Below, piece after piece: positions 1 through 9,924 of a DNA stretch of 41,995 nt. The DNA lies in assembly GCA_046759765.1 (NCBI GenBank), contig JBHICV010000004.1, positions 1 to 41,995 on the forward strand, in the 5' to 3' direction. The translations under genes and the position numbers were made by a program. Below the pieces are notes generated by a model. That model saw nothing but the letters and a program-made list of their open reading frames with translations. It had not been told where the DNA came from and did not search any database. Within the stretch, counting starts at the first letter, position 1. Every line of letters begins with the position of its first letter. The stretch comes from Acidimicrobiia bacterium. GTDB taxonomy: Bacteria; Actinomycetota; Acidimicrobiia; Spongiisociales; CAZKJJ01.

Positions 1-180
1 AGCTTTCGTCTGACGGGGCGCCGTATATTTCTCATGACACCCTTGCATCATCACTTCGAGCTGCGCGGTTGGCCGGAAACGACGATCATCGTGCGCTTCT
101 GGGTGGTGGCCGCGATCTGCGCCGCGCTTGGCCTCGGCCTCTTCTATGGCGACAGCATCGTCAATGGAGGAATCGGATGA
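1..180 (+). CDS. mraY: Phospho-N-acetylmuramoyl-pentapeptide transferase, C-terminal fragment (5' truncated by window)
   Basis: Frame 1 reads [34 protein letters not shown]...*, containing the MraY HHH motif. Its TGA overlaps the murD ATG (ATGA at 177-180). Confidence 0.95.
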   Translation, partial: SFRLTGRRIFLMTPLHHHFELRGWPETTIIVRFWVVAAICAALGLGLFYGDSIVNGGIG

Positions 181-1454
181 CGATGTTGATCTTGGGTGCG
201 GGCGTGTCGGGGACGGCGGCTTCTCGTCTGGCACGGTCCCGCGACCTACCGGTACTCATCTATGACGAGAACCCGGATTCGGTCGTGGAGCTCAGGAAGG
301 AAGGAGTGGAAACGGTTGCCGGTCCATGGGAGAGACGGCTGATGACCGGGATCGAGACCGTGGTGGCCAGCCCGGGATTCTCGGAGGTCTCGCGACCCAT
401 TCACGATTGTCTGACCGCCGGCCTGCCCGTATGGAGCGAGGTCGAGTTCGCTGCCTCTTACGCCGAGGCACCTCTCATCGCCGTCACAGGGACCAACGGC
501 AAGACCACCACCACGCTCCTGATCGCGGAGATGCTGAGCCGAAGCGGGCACAAGGCCGCCGCCGTGGGCAATATCGGCACTGCGCTATCCGACGTCGCCG
601 ATGAGCCGTGGGACGTGCTCGTTGTGGAAGTCTCGTCGTTCCAGCTCCGCTTCATCGCGGACTTCCATCCCGACATCGCCGTCGTCCTGAACGTGGCGGA
701 GGATCACCTCGACTGGCATGGATCGATTGAGGCCTACCGGGATGCCAAGGCCCGAATCTCGGAGAATCAGGGGTCCGACGATCTCCTGATCTATAACGCG
801 GACGATGCGGGTGCCAGCCACATCGCGGTCCAGGCGCCGACCAGAACGATGCCGCTGCGCGCCCCGGGCCTGCTGGCCGAAGGCCCCGCGGCCGCGCTGC
901 GGGCCGGAGGGGCGCTGGTACCGCGGGCATCCCTTTTCGTCTCTGATCCGGCCTATCTGATGGATTTCGCCGCCGCGGCCGAAGCCGCGGCTGCGGCCGG
1001 TGCCAAACCCGAAGGAATCTACGAGGCGCTAGTCGCCTTCCGGCCGGCCGAGCACAGGCGCACGCTTGTCGCCGAGCGCCGTGGCGTGGCATGGGTAGAC
1101 GACTCCAAGGCGACCAACCCGCATGCGGCCCTGGCTTCGATTTCAGCGTATCCCTCCGTGGTGCTGATCGCGGGCGGTCGGAACAAGGGACTGGAGCTGG
1201 CACCTGTTGTTGCGCATCCGAACCTCAAAGCGGTGGTTGCGATCGGGGAGGTCCAGGAAGAGCTGATCGGAGCTGCGGACGTTACGGCTTACGGTGCCGA
1301 CGGGATGCAGGAAGCGGTGAAGATAGCGGCAGGCCTGGCTCGCTCTGGTGACACGGTATTGCTGGCTCCCGCCTGTGCGAGTTTCGACATGTTCTCCTCA
1401 TACTCCGAGCGAGGAGAAGCTTTTGCGGACGCCATCCTCCGGAAGGATCTCTAG
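177..1454 (+). CDS. murD: UDP-N-acetylmuramoyl-L-alanine--D-glutamate ligase
   Basis: GAGVSG N-terminus, [10 protein letters not shown]-loop, [29 protein letters not shown]. Start placed at ATG 177, coupled to the mraY stop. Confidence 0.96.
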   Translation: MTMLILGAGVSGTAASRLARSRDLPVLIYDENPDSVVELRKEGVETVAGPWERRLMTGIETVVASPGFSEVSRPIHDCLTAGLPVWSEVEFAASYAEAPLIAVTGTNGKTTTTLLIAEMLSRSGHKAAAVGNIGTALSDVADEPWDVLVVEVSSFQLRFIADFHPDIAVVLNVAEDHLDWHGSIEAYRDAKARISENQGSDDLLIYNADDAGASHIAVQAPTRTMPLRAPGLLAEGPAAALRAGGALVPRASLFVSDPAYLMDFAAAAEAAAAAGAKPEGIYEALVAFRPAEHRRTLVAERRGVAWVDDSKATNPHAALASISAYPSVVLIAGGRNKGLELAPVVAHPNLKAVVAIGEVQEELIGAADVTAYGADGMQEAVKIAAGLARSGDTVLLAPACASFDMFSSYSERGEAFADAILRKDL

Positions 1455-2614
1455 TGGCTTCAGTAACACCGATCGCCCAGATCCGCGCCGAGGCAAACCG
1501 CAAAGCTGCTCGGCAGGAGGTGAACTCGCGCAATGCGACGGTCCTGCTGGTCGTCGTCGGAATTCTCACCATCATCGGTCTCGGCGCCACCCTCTCCGCC
1601 TCGTCGGTCGTCGGACTAGAGCGATCGGGCGACGGCCTGCAGTTCTTCAGGCGCCAGATCCTATGGGTGGGTTTGGGCGTGATTGTCTTGGTCCTAGCGA
1701 TGCGAGTTCCCTATCAATGGCTGCGCCGAGCGGCCTTCCCGCTGCTGGCCGTCTCCTTGGTCGGACTGCTGGCGGTGCTCGTAATAGGGGAGGCCACCGC
1801 CGGCGCGAGACGGTGGATCACCATTGGCCCCCTCACCCTGCAGCCCTCGGAGTTCGCCAAGTTCGCCGTCGTCACCTACCTGGCTGCCATCATGACGCGC
1901 AAGGAGGGCCGCCTCCGTAGCTTTGGTCACTTCGCGGTCCCCGTGTTCGCTTCTCTGGGTCTCGCCAGCGTCCTGATCATGCTCCAGCCTGATCTAGGCA
2001 CCACCCTGATCATCGCCGCGGCTGCATTGGCCGTTTTGGTGATCTCGGCTGCACCGCTTCGCTATGTCCTGTTGACCGGGCTGATTGGATTCGGGGCGGC
2101 ATTCGGCCTCGCCTATTCCTCTCCCTATCGGTGGGAGCGAATCACGTCGTTCCTCGACCCGTGGGCTGATCAGCTGGGATCGGGATTCCAGGTTATTCAG
2201 AGCTATTTGGCGCTGGGCACGGGAGGCGCGTTCGGGGTCGGCCTCGGAGCGAGCCGTGCCCGTTGGTCGTTCCTTCCCAACGCCCACACGGACTTCATCT
2301 TCTCGATCATCGGTGAGGAGACCGGCTTCGCCGGCGGGCTTACGATCTTCGTTCTGTTCGCGGTCTTTGCGATAGTCGGTCTCGCCATTGTGATGCGTGC
2401 TCCAGACCGTTTCGGCCAGCTACTCGGCGCCGGGCTCGTCGTGTGGATCTCCGCGCAAGCAGTCGTCAACATCGGGGGAGTCATTGGCGTACTACCTGTC
2501 ACGGGAATCACCCTTCCATTTGTCTCCGTCGGTGGCAGTGCAATGCTCATGACGATGGGGGCCGCCGGGGTATTGGTGAACATCGCCCGAGTCGGTCAGC
2601 CGCCCCCGCGATGA
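1454..2614 (+). CDS. ftsW: SEDS peptidoglycan polymerase FtsW
   Basis: Multi-TM protein with GARRWI, QPSEFAK, QPDLGT, LPNAHTDFIF and GITLPFVSVGGS; lies between murD and murG. Confidence 0.95.
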   Translation: MASVTPIAQIRAEANRKAARQEVNSRNATVLLVVVGILTIIGLGATLSASSVVGLERSGDGLQFFRRQILWVGLGVIVLVLAMRVPYQWLRRAAFPLLAVSLVGLLAVLVIGEATAGARRWITIGPLTLQPSEFAKFAVVTYLAAIMTRKEGRLRSFGHFAVPVFASLGLASVLIMLQPDLGTTLIIAAAALAVLVISAAPLRYVLLTGLIGFGAAFGLAYSSPYRWERITSFLDPWADQLGSGFQVIQSYLALGTGGAFGVGLGASRARWSFLPNAHTDFIFSIIGEETGFAGGLTIFVLFAVFAIVGLAIVMRAPDRFGQLLGAGLVVWISAQAVVNIGGVIGVLPVTGITLPFVSVGGSAMLMTMGAAGVLVNIARVGQPPPR

Positions 2615-3684
2615 GCTATGCCATCGGAGCGGCCGGGACCGGGGGTCATGTCTTCCCCGGACTGGCCGTAGCCGAGGCTCTGGTCGATGGTGGAGTCGAA
2701 AAGTCCGAAATCACGTTCTTCGGAGGCAACCGGCTCGAGAAGCAGATCTACCCGAGCGAAGGGTTCCCGTTCGTGGAAGTCGACATCCGTGGCCTCCAAC
2801 GCAGTCTGAGGTTGAGCAACCTGTCCCTGCCCTTCCTGGTCCGGGACGCGGTACGGGTCATCGAGCACGAGATCCGAGCTCGCGATGTGCGGGTGGCGAT
2901 GGCCATGGGGAGCTATGTGACCGTCCCGCTGGGATGGGCCGCTCGGCGGGCCCATGTCTCGTTCTTCCTTCACGAGCAGAACGCTTCTCCCGGGCTGGCA
3001 AACCGGGTGATGGCCAAGCGCGCCGCAGGAGCGTTTGTTTCCTTCCCGGGCACCTCACTAACCAGCTCCATAGAGGTGGGCAACCCGATCCGGCGGTCGC
3101 TGCTCGAGTTCTCCCGCGCCGAAACTCGGCCGTCCGCCCTGGGTCACTACGAACTCGATCCCGACAGCTGTGTGGTCGGGATAGTCGGCGGCAGTCTCGG
3201 GGCCGGCGTTCTCAACGACGCCGCCGCTCAAATTGCCTTCTCATCAACCCATGAGCTCCAGCTGCTGCACATCTGCGGGCCGGAGCACGTCGACGATGTG
3301 CGCACTAAAGCTGCTGACAGCCCTGTCCGGTGGCGGGTGGTCGGATTCGAGACCGAGATGAACCTCTTCTATGCGGCCTGTGACCTCGTGGTGGCGAGAG
3401 GCGGAGGCATGGTGGCCGAGCTGCTGGCAACCGGAACGCCGTCCGTTTTGGTGCCCGGAGCCTTCGGATCCGGCGGCCATCAGGATGCCAACGCCGCCAT
3501 GGCCTCCGAGGCCGGTGCTGCGTTGGTGCTGGTGGAGGCGGATTTGAGTGGTCTATCTGAGCTGGTGAGGGAGCTGTGTTCCGACCGGCCGCGCCTACAG
3601 GGCATGTCCGATCGGGCGACGGCAGCCGCGAAACCCGAGGCGGCCGAACGGATCGCGGCCATACTCATGGGACGTCATGCCTGA
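2611..3684 (+). CDS. murG: Lipid II GlcNAc transferase MurG
   Basis: AGTGGHVFP, HEQNASPGLAN, GNPIR, GGSLGA, HQDANA. ATG 2611 overlaps the ftsW stop. Confidence 0.95.
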   Translation: MSYAIGAAGTGGHVFPGLAVAEALVDGGVEKSEITFFGGNRLEKQIYPSEGFPFVEVDIRGLQRSLRLSNLSLPFLVRDAVRVIEHEIRARDVRVAMAMGSYVTVPLGWAARRAHVSFFLHEQNASPGLANRVMAKRAAGAFVSFPGTSLTSSIEVGNPIRRSLLEFSRAETRPSALGHYELDPDSCVVGIVGGSLGAGVLNDAAAQIAFSSTHELQLLHICGPEHVDDVRTKAADSPVRWRVVGFETEMNLFYAACDLVVARGGGMVAELLATGTPSVLVPGAFGSGGHQDANAAMASEAGAALVLVEADLSGLSELVRELCSDRPRLQGMSDRATAAAKPEAAERIAAILMGRHA

Positions 3685-5044
3685 CCTGGCAGGCATTCGC
3701 AAGATCCATGTTGTTGGGGCGGCGGGCGCCGGCATGTCTGCTTTGGCCAAGGTTCTCAGTCAGTTGGGCTACGAGGTAAGCGGATCGGATTTGAAGTTCG
3801 GTGAGCCGCTGCACGACCTCGAAGACATGGGCCTCCTCGTATGGCAGGGTTCCCAGCCAGATCTGATCCGAGGAGCCGATCTCGTAGTCGCCAGCTCAGC
3901 GGTTCCCGACGGCGACCCTGAGTTGCATGCCGCGCAGGAGAGGGGAATCGAAGTGTGGCGGCGGCCGCAACTGCTGCAGGCCCTGACGGAGCTGATTCCG
4001 ACCATCGGAGCGACCGGCACTCATGGAAAGACGACTACCAGTGCGATGCTTGTTTCGGCCCTCAACGCCGCGGGAGAGAATCCGTCCTTCGTCATCGGAG
4101 GCCAGCTGCGAGCGTTCGGGACTAACGGCGCTCTCGCCGATCGAGATCGGCTCGTGCTCGAGGTTGACGAGGCCTTTGGCACCTTTCTGGATCTTCAGTT
4201 GCGAGGCCTGGTCGTAACGAACGTCGAGCCGGATCATCTCGACTACTACAAGACCGAGGAGCGACTCGAGGCGGCCTTTGCGGACGTCGTGCGCGCGGTG
4301 ACCGGACCAGTGGTGGTAGGCGTCGACACCGAAGGAGGACGCCGCCTCGCAGAGCGGACCGGCAGGCCAACATACGGGACGGCTCCGGACGCCGACTGGC
4401 GGATAACGAGGGTCGAGGATCAGCGGGATCAGGTGACCTTCTCCCTTGCCGGTCCAGACGAGGTCCGAGTCTCGGTTCCCAAGCCGGGCCTGCACGTAGC
4501 GCGCAACGCGGCGGGAGCGTTGGCCTTAGCGGCAAATCTCGGGGTCGACATCCGAGCAGCCGCGGATGGTTTGAAGGCTTATGCCGGTGTCCATCGTCGC
4601 TACGAAGGGAGAGGGACGGTGAGAGGAGTCACGATCATCGATGACTACGCCCACCACCCGACCGAAGTCACGGCCACTCTCGATGCTGCCCGGCATGGGA
4701 ATTGGAGTCAGGTCTGGGCAGTCTTCCAACCTCACAGATACTCCAGGACCGTCGAATTAGCCGGCCAACTCGGGACCTCGCTCGCGGCGGCGGACCGGAT
4801 CGTCATCACCGATGTCTATTCGGCGGGAGAGATTCCGATCCCCGGTGTGACAGGAGCACTCGTCGCCGAGGCGGCCCAGTCCCTCTCGGAGTCGGTCACC
4901 TACGTGCCCCACAGAGCCGATGTCGCCGGCTTCCTCGCCGAACGCGTAGGTCCCGGCGACCTGGTGCTCTCGTTGGGTGCCGGCGACATCAGCCTGCTTC
5001 CGGACGAGCTGGCTCGCTTGCTGGCGGTCGAGGAGCGGACGTGA
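3677..5044 (+). CDS. murC: UDP-N-acetylmuramate--L-alanine ligase
   Basis: GAAGAGMSALA, GTHGKTTTS, EPDHLDYY, DDYAHHPTE, FQPHRYSRT, GAGDI. Confidence 0.96.
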   Translation: MPDLAGIRKIHVVGAAGAGMSALAKVLSQLGYEVSGSDLKFGEPLHDLEDMGLLVWQGSQPDLIRGADLVVASSAVPDGDPELHAAQERGIEVWRRPQLLQALTELIPTIGATGTHGKTTTSAMLVSALNAAGENPSFVIGGQLRAFGTNGALADRDRLVLEVDEAFGTFLDLQLRGLVVTNVEPDHLDYYKTEERLEAAFADVVRAVTGPVVVGVDTEGGRRLAERTGRPTYGTAPDADWRITRVEDQRDQVTFSLAGPDEVRVSVPKPGLHVARNAAGALALAANLGVDIRAAADGLKAYAGVHRRYEGRGTVRGVTIIDDYAHHPTEVTATLDAARHGNWSQVWAVFQPHRYSRTVELAGQLGTSLAAADRIVITDVYSAGEIPIPGVTGALVAEAAQSLSESVTYVPHRADVAGFLAERVGPGDLVLSLGAGDISLLPDELARLLAVEERT

Positions 5045-5955
5045 CGACGCTCTCCGACCTCGTTTCGGAGGGAATCCTCTCAGAGGGGGTTTCCCTTGCG
5101 CCCCTCACTACCTACCGGGTGGGAGGCCCCTGCCGCTTCTTCGGCCTGATCGAGAACTCCTCCGACCTCGTCAGCGTCGCGCGAGCATTGAGAGAGGATC
5201 CGGTGCCGGTTCTCGTCCTGGGCCGGGGCAGCAACGTGGTCGTCTCAGACCGAGGTTGGAATGGGCTCGTGATTCGCCTCTCCGGCGATTACAACGAGGC
5301 TCATTTCGAGGATGACGGTCGCCTCAAGGTAGGAGGTGCCATGCCGCTTCCGGCCGTAGCCCGTTTGGCCGCGCGACTGGGGAGGGGAGGACTGGAGTTC
5401 CTGGTCGGCATCCCCGGTTCGATGGGAGGTGCAGTGCATCAGAACGCAGGGTGCCACGGTTCGGAGATCATCGACGTGCTGGTGACCGCGGAGATCCTCG
5501 ACCTCCGGAGCGGTGCGACCGACAGCCGCTCGGCCAGGGAGCTCGATCTCGCCTATCGCCACAGCAACCTCACGCCGAGCGAGGTCGTTACGGAGGCCAC
5601 GCTTCGGACCGTCCCGAGCTCGAGAAAGGACGCAGAGGCGATCATGCGGGACATCAGTCGCTGGCGGCGCGAGAACCAACCGGGCGGTACGCACAATGCC
5701 GGCAGCGTGTTCAAGAACCCGGAAGAGGACGCGGCCGGCCGCATCATCGATCAGCTCGGGTTGAAGGGGTTTCGTGTCGGGGGCGTGGCCGTATCAGAGC
5801 GTCACGCCAACTTCTTTGTGGCAGACGAAGGGGCGAGCGCGCAAGAGATCCACGATCTCGTGATGGCTGTTCAGGAGAAGGTCCTGGCGGCTACTGGGAT
5901 CCGGCTCACGCCTGAGATCCGGTTTGTGGGTGAGTTCGAGGAGACGGGGGCGTGA
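5041..5955 (+). CDS. murB: UDP-N-acetylenolpyruvoylglucosamine reductase
   Basis: TTYRVGG, LGRGSNVV, GIPGSMGGAVHQNAG, AGSVFKNP, SERHANF. GTG 5041 overlaps the murC stop. Confidence 0.95.
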   Translation: MTTLSDLVSEGILSEGVSLAPLTTYRVGGPCRFFGLIENSSDLVSVARALREDPVPVLVLGRGSNVVVSDRGWNGLVIRLSGDYNEAHFEDDGRLKVGGAMPLPAVARLAARLGRGGLEFLVGIPGSMGGAVHQNAGCHGSEIIDVLVTAEILDLRSGATDSRSARELDLAYRHSNLTPSEVVTEATLRTVPSSRKDAEAIMRDISRWRRENQPGGTHNAGSVFKNPEEDAAGRIIDQLGLKGFRVGGVAVSERHANFFVADEGASAQEIHDLVMAVQEKVLAATGIRLTPEIRFVGEFEETGA

Positions 5956-6740
5956 GCCTCAGGATGGATCCGAGACTGGCTGAGCGCCGTAAGGCAGTGA
6001 GAGAGCAGTCGGCGAGAGGCTCACTGCGCCGCTTGCTGTGGGTGCTGGGGGCAGGAGCTCTCCTAGGCGCTGCTCTGTGGCTGATTCAGTCGCCCCTGCT
6101 GGCGGTTTCCCAGCTCGTCGTCCATGGAGCCACCGCCGGCAGAGCAGCGCCGATTCTCGAACAGGAGAACGTCGGACTCGGTCGGCCGTTGTTGCTGGTG
6201 CGCCCGGGTCGCCTGGAGGAGGCACTGTTGAGCGATCCTTGGATCTCGGAAGCCGAGGTGTCGCTCGTACTACCGGACACAGTGGAGATCGAACTGCGGG
6301 AGCGTCAGGCCGGAGCCTGGCTGCTCGCCCCCTCGCCCGTTCTCCTCGCTACCGATGGTGTGATTCTCGAAGTGGGCGGAGGTCCCCAGGCCGACGGTTT
6401 CGTGATCCGCCTCGACGCCGAGGTCGGGGCGCGGGGCGAGCTACACCCCGACTCCCGGGTTCTAGGAGCCCTGTCCTTTCTCACCCCCTTGCAGGGCCTC
6501 GTACCCGGGCCCATCAGCGTGACCGAGCAAGCCGGCGAGCTCTGGGCCGAGGTCGGTGACATCGATGTGCGCCTCGGCCGGCCCACGGCTATGGAGGCCA
6601 AGGCCTCCGCGCTCGTTGCCATCCTGGACGGGGGGGTCGAGGGCGGTTCGACCATTGTCTTGCTGGCACCGACAAGACCAGCCGTCGTCGAGCCACAAGC
6701 ACTGCAGAACAATGAGGCTCAACCTCAAGTAGAGCCTTAG
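5952..6740 (+). CDS. ftsQ: Cell division protein FtsQ/DivIB
   Basis: Basic N-terminus, single TM helix, POTRA-like segment ([24 protein letters not shown]); immediately upstream of ftsZ. Confidence 0.85.
   Translation: MSLRMDPRLAERRKAVREQSARGSLRRLLWVLGAGALLGAALWLIQSPLLAVSQLVVHGATAGRAAPILEQENVGLGRPLLLVRPGRLEEALLSDPWISEAEVSLVLPDTVEIELRERQAGAWLLAPSPVLLATDGVILEVGGGPQADGFVIRLDAEVGARGELHPDSRVLGALSFLTPLQGLVPGPISVTEQAGELWAEVGDIDVRLGRPTAMEAKASALVAILDGGVEGGSTIVLLAPTRPAVVEPQALQNNEAQPQVEP
6718..6740. promoter_or_regulatory. Putative MerR-type (FtsR-like) operator upstream of ftsZ
   Basis: Imperfect palindrome CTCAACCTC-AAGTA-GAGCCTTAG within the last codons of ftsQ, ending 61 bp before the ftsZ ATG. 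Resembles the actinobacterial ftsZ-upstream motif as I recall it. Confidence 0.5.
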
Positions 6741-6801
6741 CGTCCTTGGCTTTACGAGGGCTGAACCTTGTGTCAAGCTTCCGGAAAATCGCGAGGATGA
6801 C

Positions 6802-7833
6802 ATGAGTTCACAGCCACAGAATTACCTCGCCGTCATCAAAGTCGTAGGTGTCGGCGGGGGCGGCGTAAATGCCGTCAACCGCATGATCGAGTCGGGGCTG
6901 AGGGGGGTCGAGTTCATAGCTATTAACACCGACGCCCAGGCGCTGCTCATGTCGGACGCCGATGTGAAGCTCGACCTCGGACGCGACGTGACCAAAGGTC
7001 TAGGGGCCGGCGCCGATCCGGAGATAGGGCGAACGGCTGCCGAGGCCCATGATGAGGAGCTGGACGAGGTCCTGAAGGGCGCCGACATGGTGTTCATCAC
7101 CGCCGGTGAAGGCGGCGGCACCGGTACGGGCGCCGCACCCATCGTGGCGGGACTCGCCCGTGATCAAGGCTCGCTGACGGTCGGAGTGGTAACGCGACCA
7201 TTCGGATTCGAAGGCCGCCGGCGCTCGGTGGCGGCCGAGGCCGGCATTCAGGCGCTGCGGGAGGCAGTCGACACCCTGATCGTCATACCCAACGACCGGC
7301 TCCTCGAATTGGCAGACCCCAAGATGCCCATGCTGGAGGCCTTTCTTCGCGCCGACGACGTGTTGTTCAACGGGGTGTCAGGGATAACTGACCTCATCAC
7401 GACGCCCGGTCTCATCAACGTCGACTTCGCCGACGTCAAGCGAATTCTGCACGGGGCGGGCAGCGCGGTCATGGGAATCGGCCGAGCTTCCGGTGAGGAT
7501 CGTGCCGAGCAGGCCGCGGCCAAAGCGATCTCCAGTCCGCTGCTCGAGACCTCGATGGACGGGGCGCGGGGCGTTCTCCTGACGATCGCGGGACCGCCCG
7601 ATCTGGCTCTCCACGAAGTCAGCAACGCAGCCGCCTCGGTGGCCGAGCACTGCGATCCCGAAGCCGAGATCATCTTCGGTGCTGTGATCGACGAGCGGCT
7701 GGGAGACGAAATGGTGGTGACCGTGATCGCGGCCGGGTTCGAGGCGCGGCGCCACCGAGGAGTTGCTGCCGGCACACTTACGGGCCTGCCTGCCGAAGAC
7801 GACCTGGACATTCCAACTTTCGTACAGGGATGA
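6802..7833 (+). CDS. ftsZ: Cell division GTPase FtsZ
   Basis: [24 protein letters not shown] tubulin signature, INVDFADV, C-terminal peptide DDLDIPTF. Confidence 0.99.
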   Translation: MSSQPQNYLAVIKVVGVGGGGVNAVNRMIESGLRGVEFIAINTDAQALLMSDADVKLDLGRDVTKGLGAGADPEIGRTAAEAHDEELDEVLKGADMVFITAGEGGGTGTGAAPIVAGLARDQGSLTVGVVTRPFGFEGRRRSVAAEAGIQALREAVDTLIVIPNDRLLELADPKMPMLEAFLRADDVLFNGVSGITDLITTPGLINVDFADVKRILHGAGSAVMGIGRASGEDRAEQAAAKAISSPLLETSMDGARGVLLTIAGPPDLALHEVSNAAASVAEHCDPEAEIIFGAVIDERLGDEMVVTVIAAGFEARRHRGVAAGTLTGLPAEDDLDIPTFVQG

Positions 7834-8450
7834 TTCGCCCGCCGGGGTTTAGCGGGGCGGCTTTCTCGACCGCAGCTGATGGAGACCTGCGGGGAAACCA
7901 CGATCAAAGAATGGTCTTTGCGCGTGCGCTCGGTATCCCCGGCGAGTGGGCCACCGTGACCCAAGTACACGGCGCGGACGTTCTGGAGGCCGCCGGGCCG
8001 GGCGAGCTCGGTCCGGCTGACGGGCTCTTCACTATGCATGCGGCCCTCCCGATCGCGGTGTTCTCGGCCGACTGCGTGCCCGTCGTTCTCGACGGAGAGG
8101 TAGCAGTCGGTGTCGCCCACGCCGGCTGGCGGGGGCTGGCCACCGGGGTCGTGTCCACGCTGCGACAAGCCATGGCCGACGCGGGGGCGGCCGCGGTTCG
8201 CGCCGCGGTTGGTCCGGCGATCGGTCCCTGCTGCTATGAAGTTGGCCCGGAGGTGCTCGGTCCCTTGGCGGAATTCACCGCTACGACCACGTGGGGTAGT
8301 CCGTCAGTCGATCTGAGGTCGGCCGCAGCGGCTCAGCTCGAGGGCCTTCCGATCAGTCATGTTCGACATTGCACGCACCACGAGGGAGGGTTTTCGCACC
8401 GGCGCGACCAGACGGCCGCCAGGCAGGCGGCGGTTGCTTGGATGTCGTGA
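7830..8450 (+). CDS. pgeF: PgeF/YfiH laccase-domain purine nucleoside phosphorylase (peptidoglycan editing factor)
   Basis: [34 protein letters not shown]; canonical position after ftsZ. Confidence 0.9.
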   Translation: MIRPPGFSGAAFSTAADGDLRGNHDQRMVFARALGIPGEWATVTQVHGADVLEAAGPGELGPADGLFTMHAALPIAVFSADCVPVVLDGEVAVGVAHAGWRGLATGVVSTLRQAMADAGAAAVRAAVGPAIGPCCYEVGPEVLGPLAEFTATTTWGSPSVDLRSAAAAQLEGLPISHVRHCTHHEGGFSHRRDQTAARQAAVAWMS

Positions 8451-9106
8451 GCCTCGACGAGGTTCGTATCCGGGTAGCAGAGGCCGCCGAACGGTTTGGG
8501 CGGGATCCGGAGGAGATCACAATCGTCGCGGTCACGAAGTCCCAGCCAATCGATGCTATCCAGGCGGCATATGATCTCGGACTTCGGGACTTCGGGGAGA
8601 ACCGAGCCCAGGATCTGGTGGCCAAGGCCGATGTGCTGCCGAGCGACATTCGCTGGCACTTCGTCGGACGGCTACAAACCAACAAAGCACGCATCGTCCG
8701 ACCCCGCGTCGTGCTTCTCCACTCCATGGACCGGGCCAAGCTGGCGGAGGCTTGGCTGAAGGGGCCGGGGCTTCCGCCGGACTCGCTGCTCCAGGTCAAC
8801 ATCGGCCGAGAGCCACAGAAGGGCGGAGTCGACCCGGAAGACGCGGATGAGCTGGTGCACCGACTAACCGAGCTCGGTATCGCCCTGAAAGGACTCATGG
8901 CGATTCCGCCCGTAGGTCCTCCTTCCGAGAGTCGTGGGTACTTCAGGGAGCTGGCGGAACTCAGAGACCAGCTGGTTTCGCGACACCCCGGACTCGACGG
9001 GCTATCTGCGGGGATGACCGATGATTATGAGATCGCAGTGGAGGAGGGGTCTACGATGGTGCGCATCGGACGGGCTATCTTTGGCCCTAGACAATCGGAT
9101 GCGTGA
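8447..9106 (+). CDS. yggS: YggS family PLP homeostasis protein
   Basis: VAVTK, FGENRAQ, WHFVGRLQTNK, GLMAIPP, LSAGMTDDYEIAVEEGSTMVRIGRAIFG. GTG 8447 overlaps the pgeF stop. Confidence 0.95.
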   Translation: MSLDEVRIRVAEAAERFGRDPEEITIVAVTKSQPIDAIQAAYDLGLRDFGENRAQDLVAKADVLPSDIRWHFVGRLQTNKARIVRPRVVLLHSMDRAKLAEAWLKGPGLPPDSLLQVNIGREPQKGGVDPEDADELVHRLTELGIALKGLMAIPPVGPPSESRGYFRELAELRDQLVSRHPGLDGLSAGMTDDYEIAVEEGSTMVRIGRAIFGPRQSDA

Positions 9107-9107
9107 T

Positions 9108-9632
9108 ATGCCGTCGTTCTGGCAGAAGGCACAGGAGTATCTCGGGCTGGTCGATGAGGACGACCTCGAGGAGGGAGAGCTTCCTAGCACCGATGTTGTG
9201 CCATCGGACAGCTCGCGTCCGGCGGGAAGACGAGTTGAGCCACCTCCTAGCTCTCGCCGAGCTGCAGGCCTGGACCAGGGCTACGGGGAGCCCACCGTGG
9301 TGTTACAGGGCTCTTCGGCCGCGGTGCGTCCCGTGACCGCGGTCGACGTCCACAGCGAGATCATTCAGGCGGTCGACTTCGGTGATGCCAAGCTCCTGGC
9401 CGACAGAATCCGGGAGCGGGTTCCGGTGGTGCTCAACCTGCGCGACACCGACCCCGACATGGTGAGGCGTCTCGTTGACTTCAGCAGTGGTCTGACCTAC
9501 GCGCTCGACGGCACCATGAGCAAAGTCTCCGAGGGCGTCATCCTGGTTCTGCCTCCGCGCATGAGCCTGGGACGCGAAGAGAAACGTCGGCTCGCCGATC
9601 TTGGCCTCTACGCCTTGACCGATGCCATGTAA
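9108..9632 (+). CDS. sepF: Cell division protein SepF
   Basis: Amphipathic N-terminus (FWQKAQEYLGL) and C-terminal domain PVVLNL...RRLVDFSSGLTYALDG. Alternative ATG at 9099. Confidence 0.92.
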   Translation: MPSFWQKAQEYLGLVDEDDLEEGELPSTDVVPSDSSRPAGRRVEPPPSSRRAAGLDQGYGEPTVVLQGSSAAVRPVTAVDVHSEIIQAVDFGDAKLLADRIRERVPVVLNLRDTDPDMVRRLVDFSSGLTYALDGTMSKVSEGVILVLPPRMSLGREEKRRLADLGLYALTDAM

Positions 9633-9644
9633 CAAGGGCTGCAG

Positions 9645-9896
9645 TTGAGCATCATCTGCAGCCTGCTCAATATCTATATCTTCGTCGTTTTCGGGCGGAT
9701 CATCCTGGAATGGATCCAGGTTCCTTCGGACCATCCGGTCGGTGCGGTTCGGCGAGGGCTGGCGACCGTAGTTGATCCCGTGCTGCGGCCGCTCCGTCGT
9801 GTCATACCTCCAGTGCGGATTGGTATGGGCGCGCTCGACTTCTCTCCTCTGATCCTGATCATTGGAATCGTCATTCTGCAGCAGGTCATCTGCTAG
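9645..9896 (+). CDS. yggT: YggT/YlmG family membrane protein
   Basis: RIILEWI...DPVLRPLRRVIPPVRIG..LDFSPLI pattern; between sepF and divIVA; TTG start. Confidence 0.9.
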   Translation: MSIICSLLNIYIFVVFGRIILEWIQVPSDHPVGAVRRGLATVVDPVLRPLRRVIPPVRIGMGALDFSPLILIIGIVILQQVIC

Positions 9897-9899
9897 GAC

Positions 9900-9905
9900 T
9901 ATCCT
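9900..9905 (+). promoter_or_regulatory. Putative -10 element of an internal divIVA promoter
   Basis: TATCCT directly after the yggT stop, followed by a GGGAGA Shine-Dalgarno-like sequence and ATG 9925. Confidence 0.45.
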
Positions 9906-9924
9906 CCGCCGACAGGGAGATCAC

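Noticed and set aside
69..176. Extended murD start at 69; likewise extended starts for murG (2443), murB (4702), yggS (8369), MATE (26522) and bcp (33980)
   Set aside because: They overlap upstream genes; starts coupled to the upstream stop or with an SD fit the families better.
7248..8168. Long antisense ORFs (7248-8168, 22503-23378, 31844-32779, 19377-20048, 37837-38448)
   Set aside because: Shadow frames of well-supported genes in GC-rich DNA, with no recognisable motifs.
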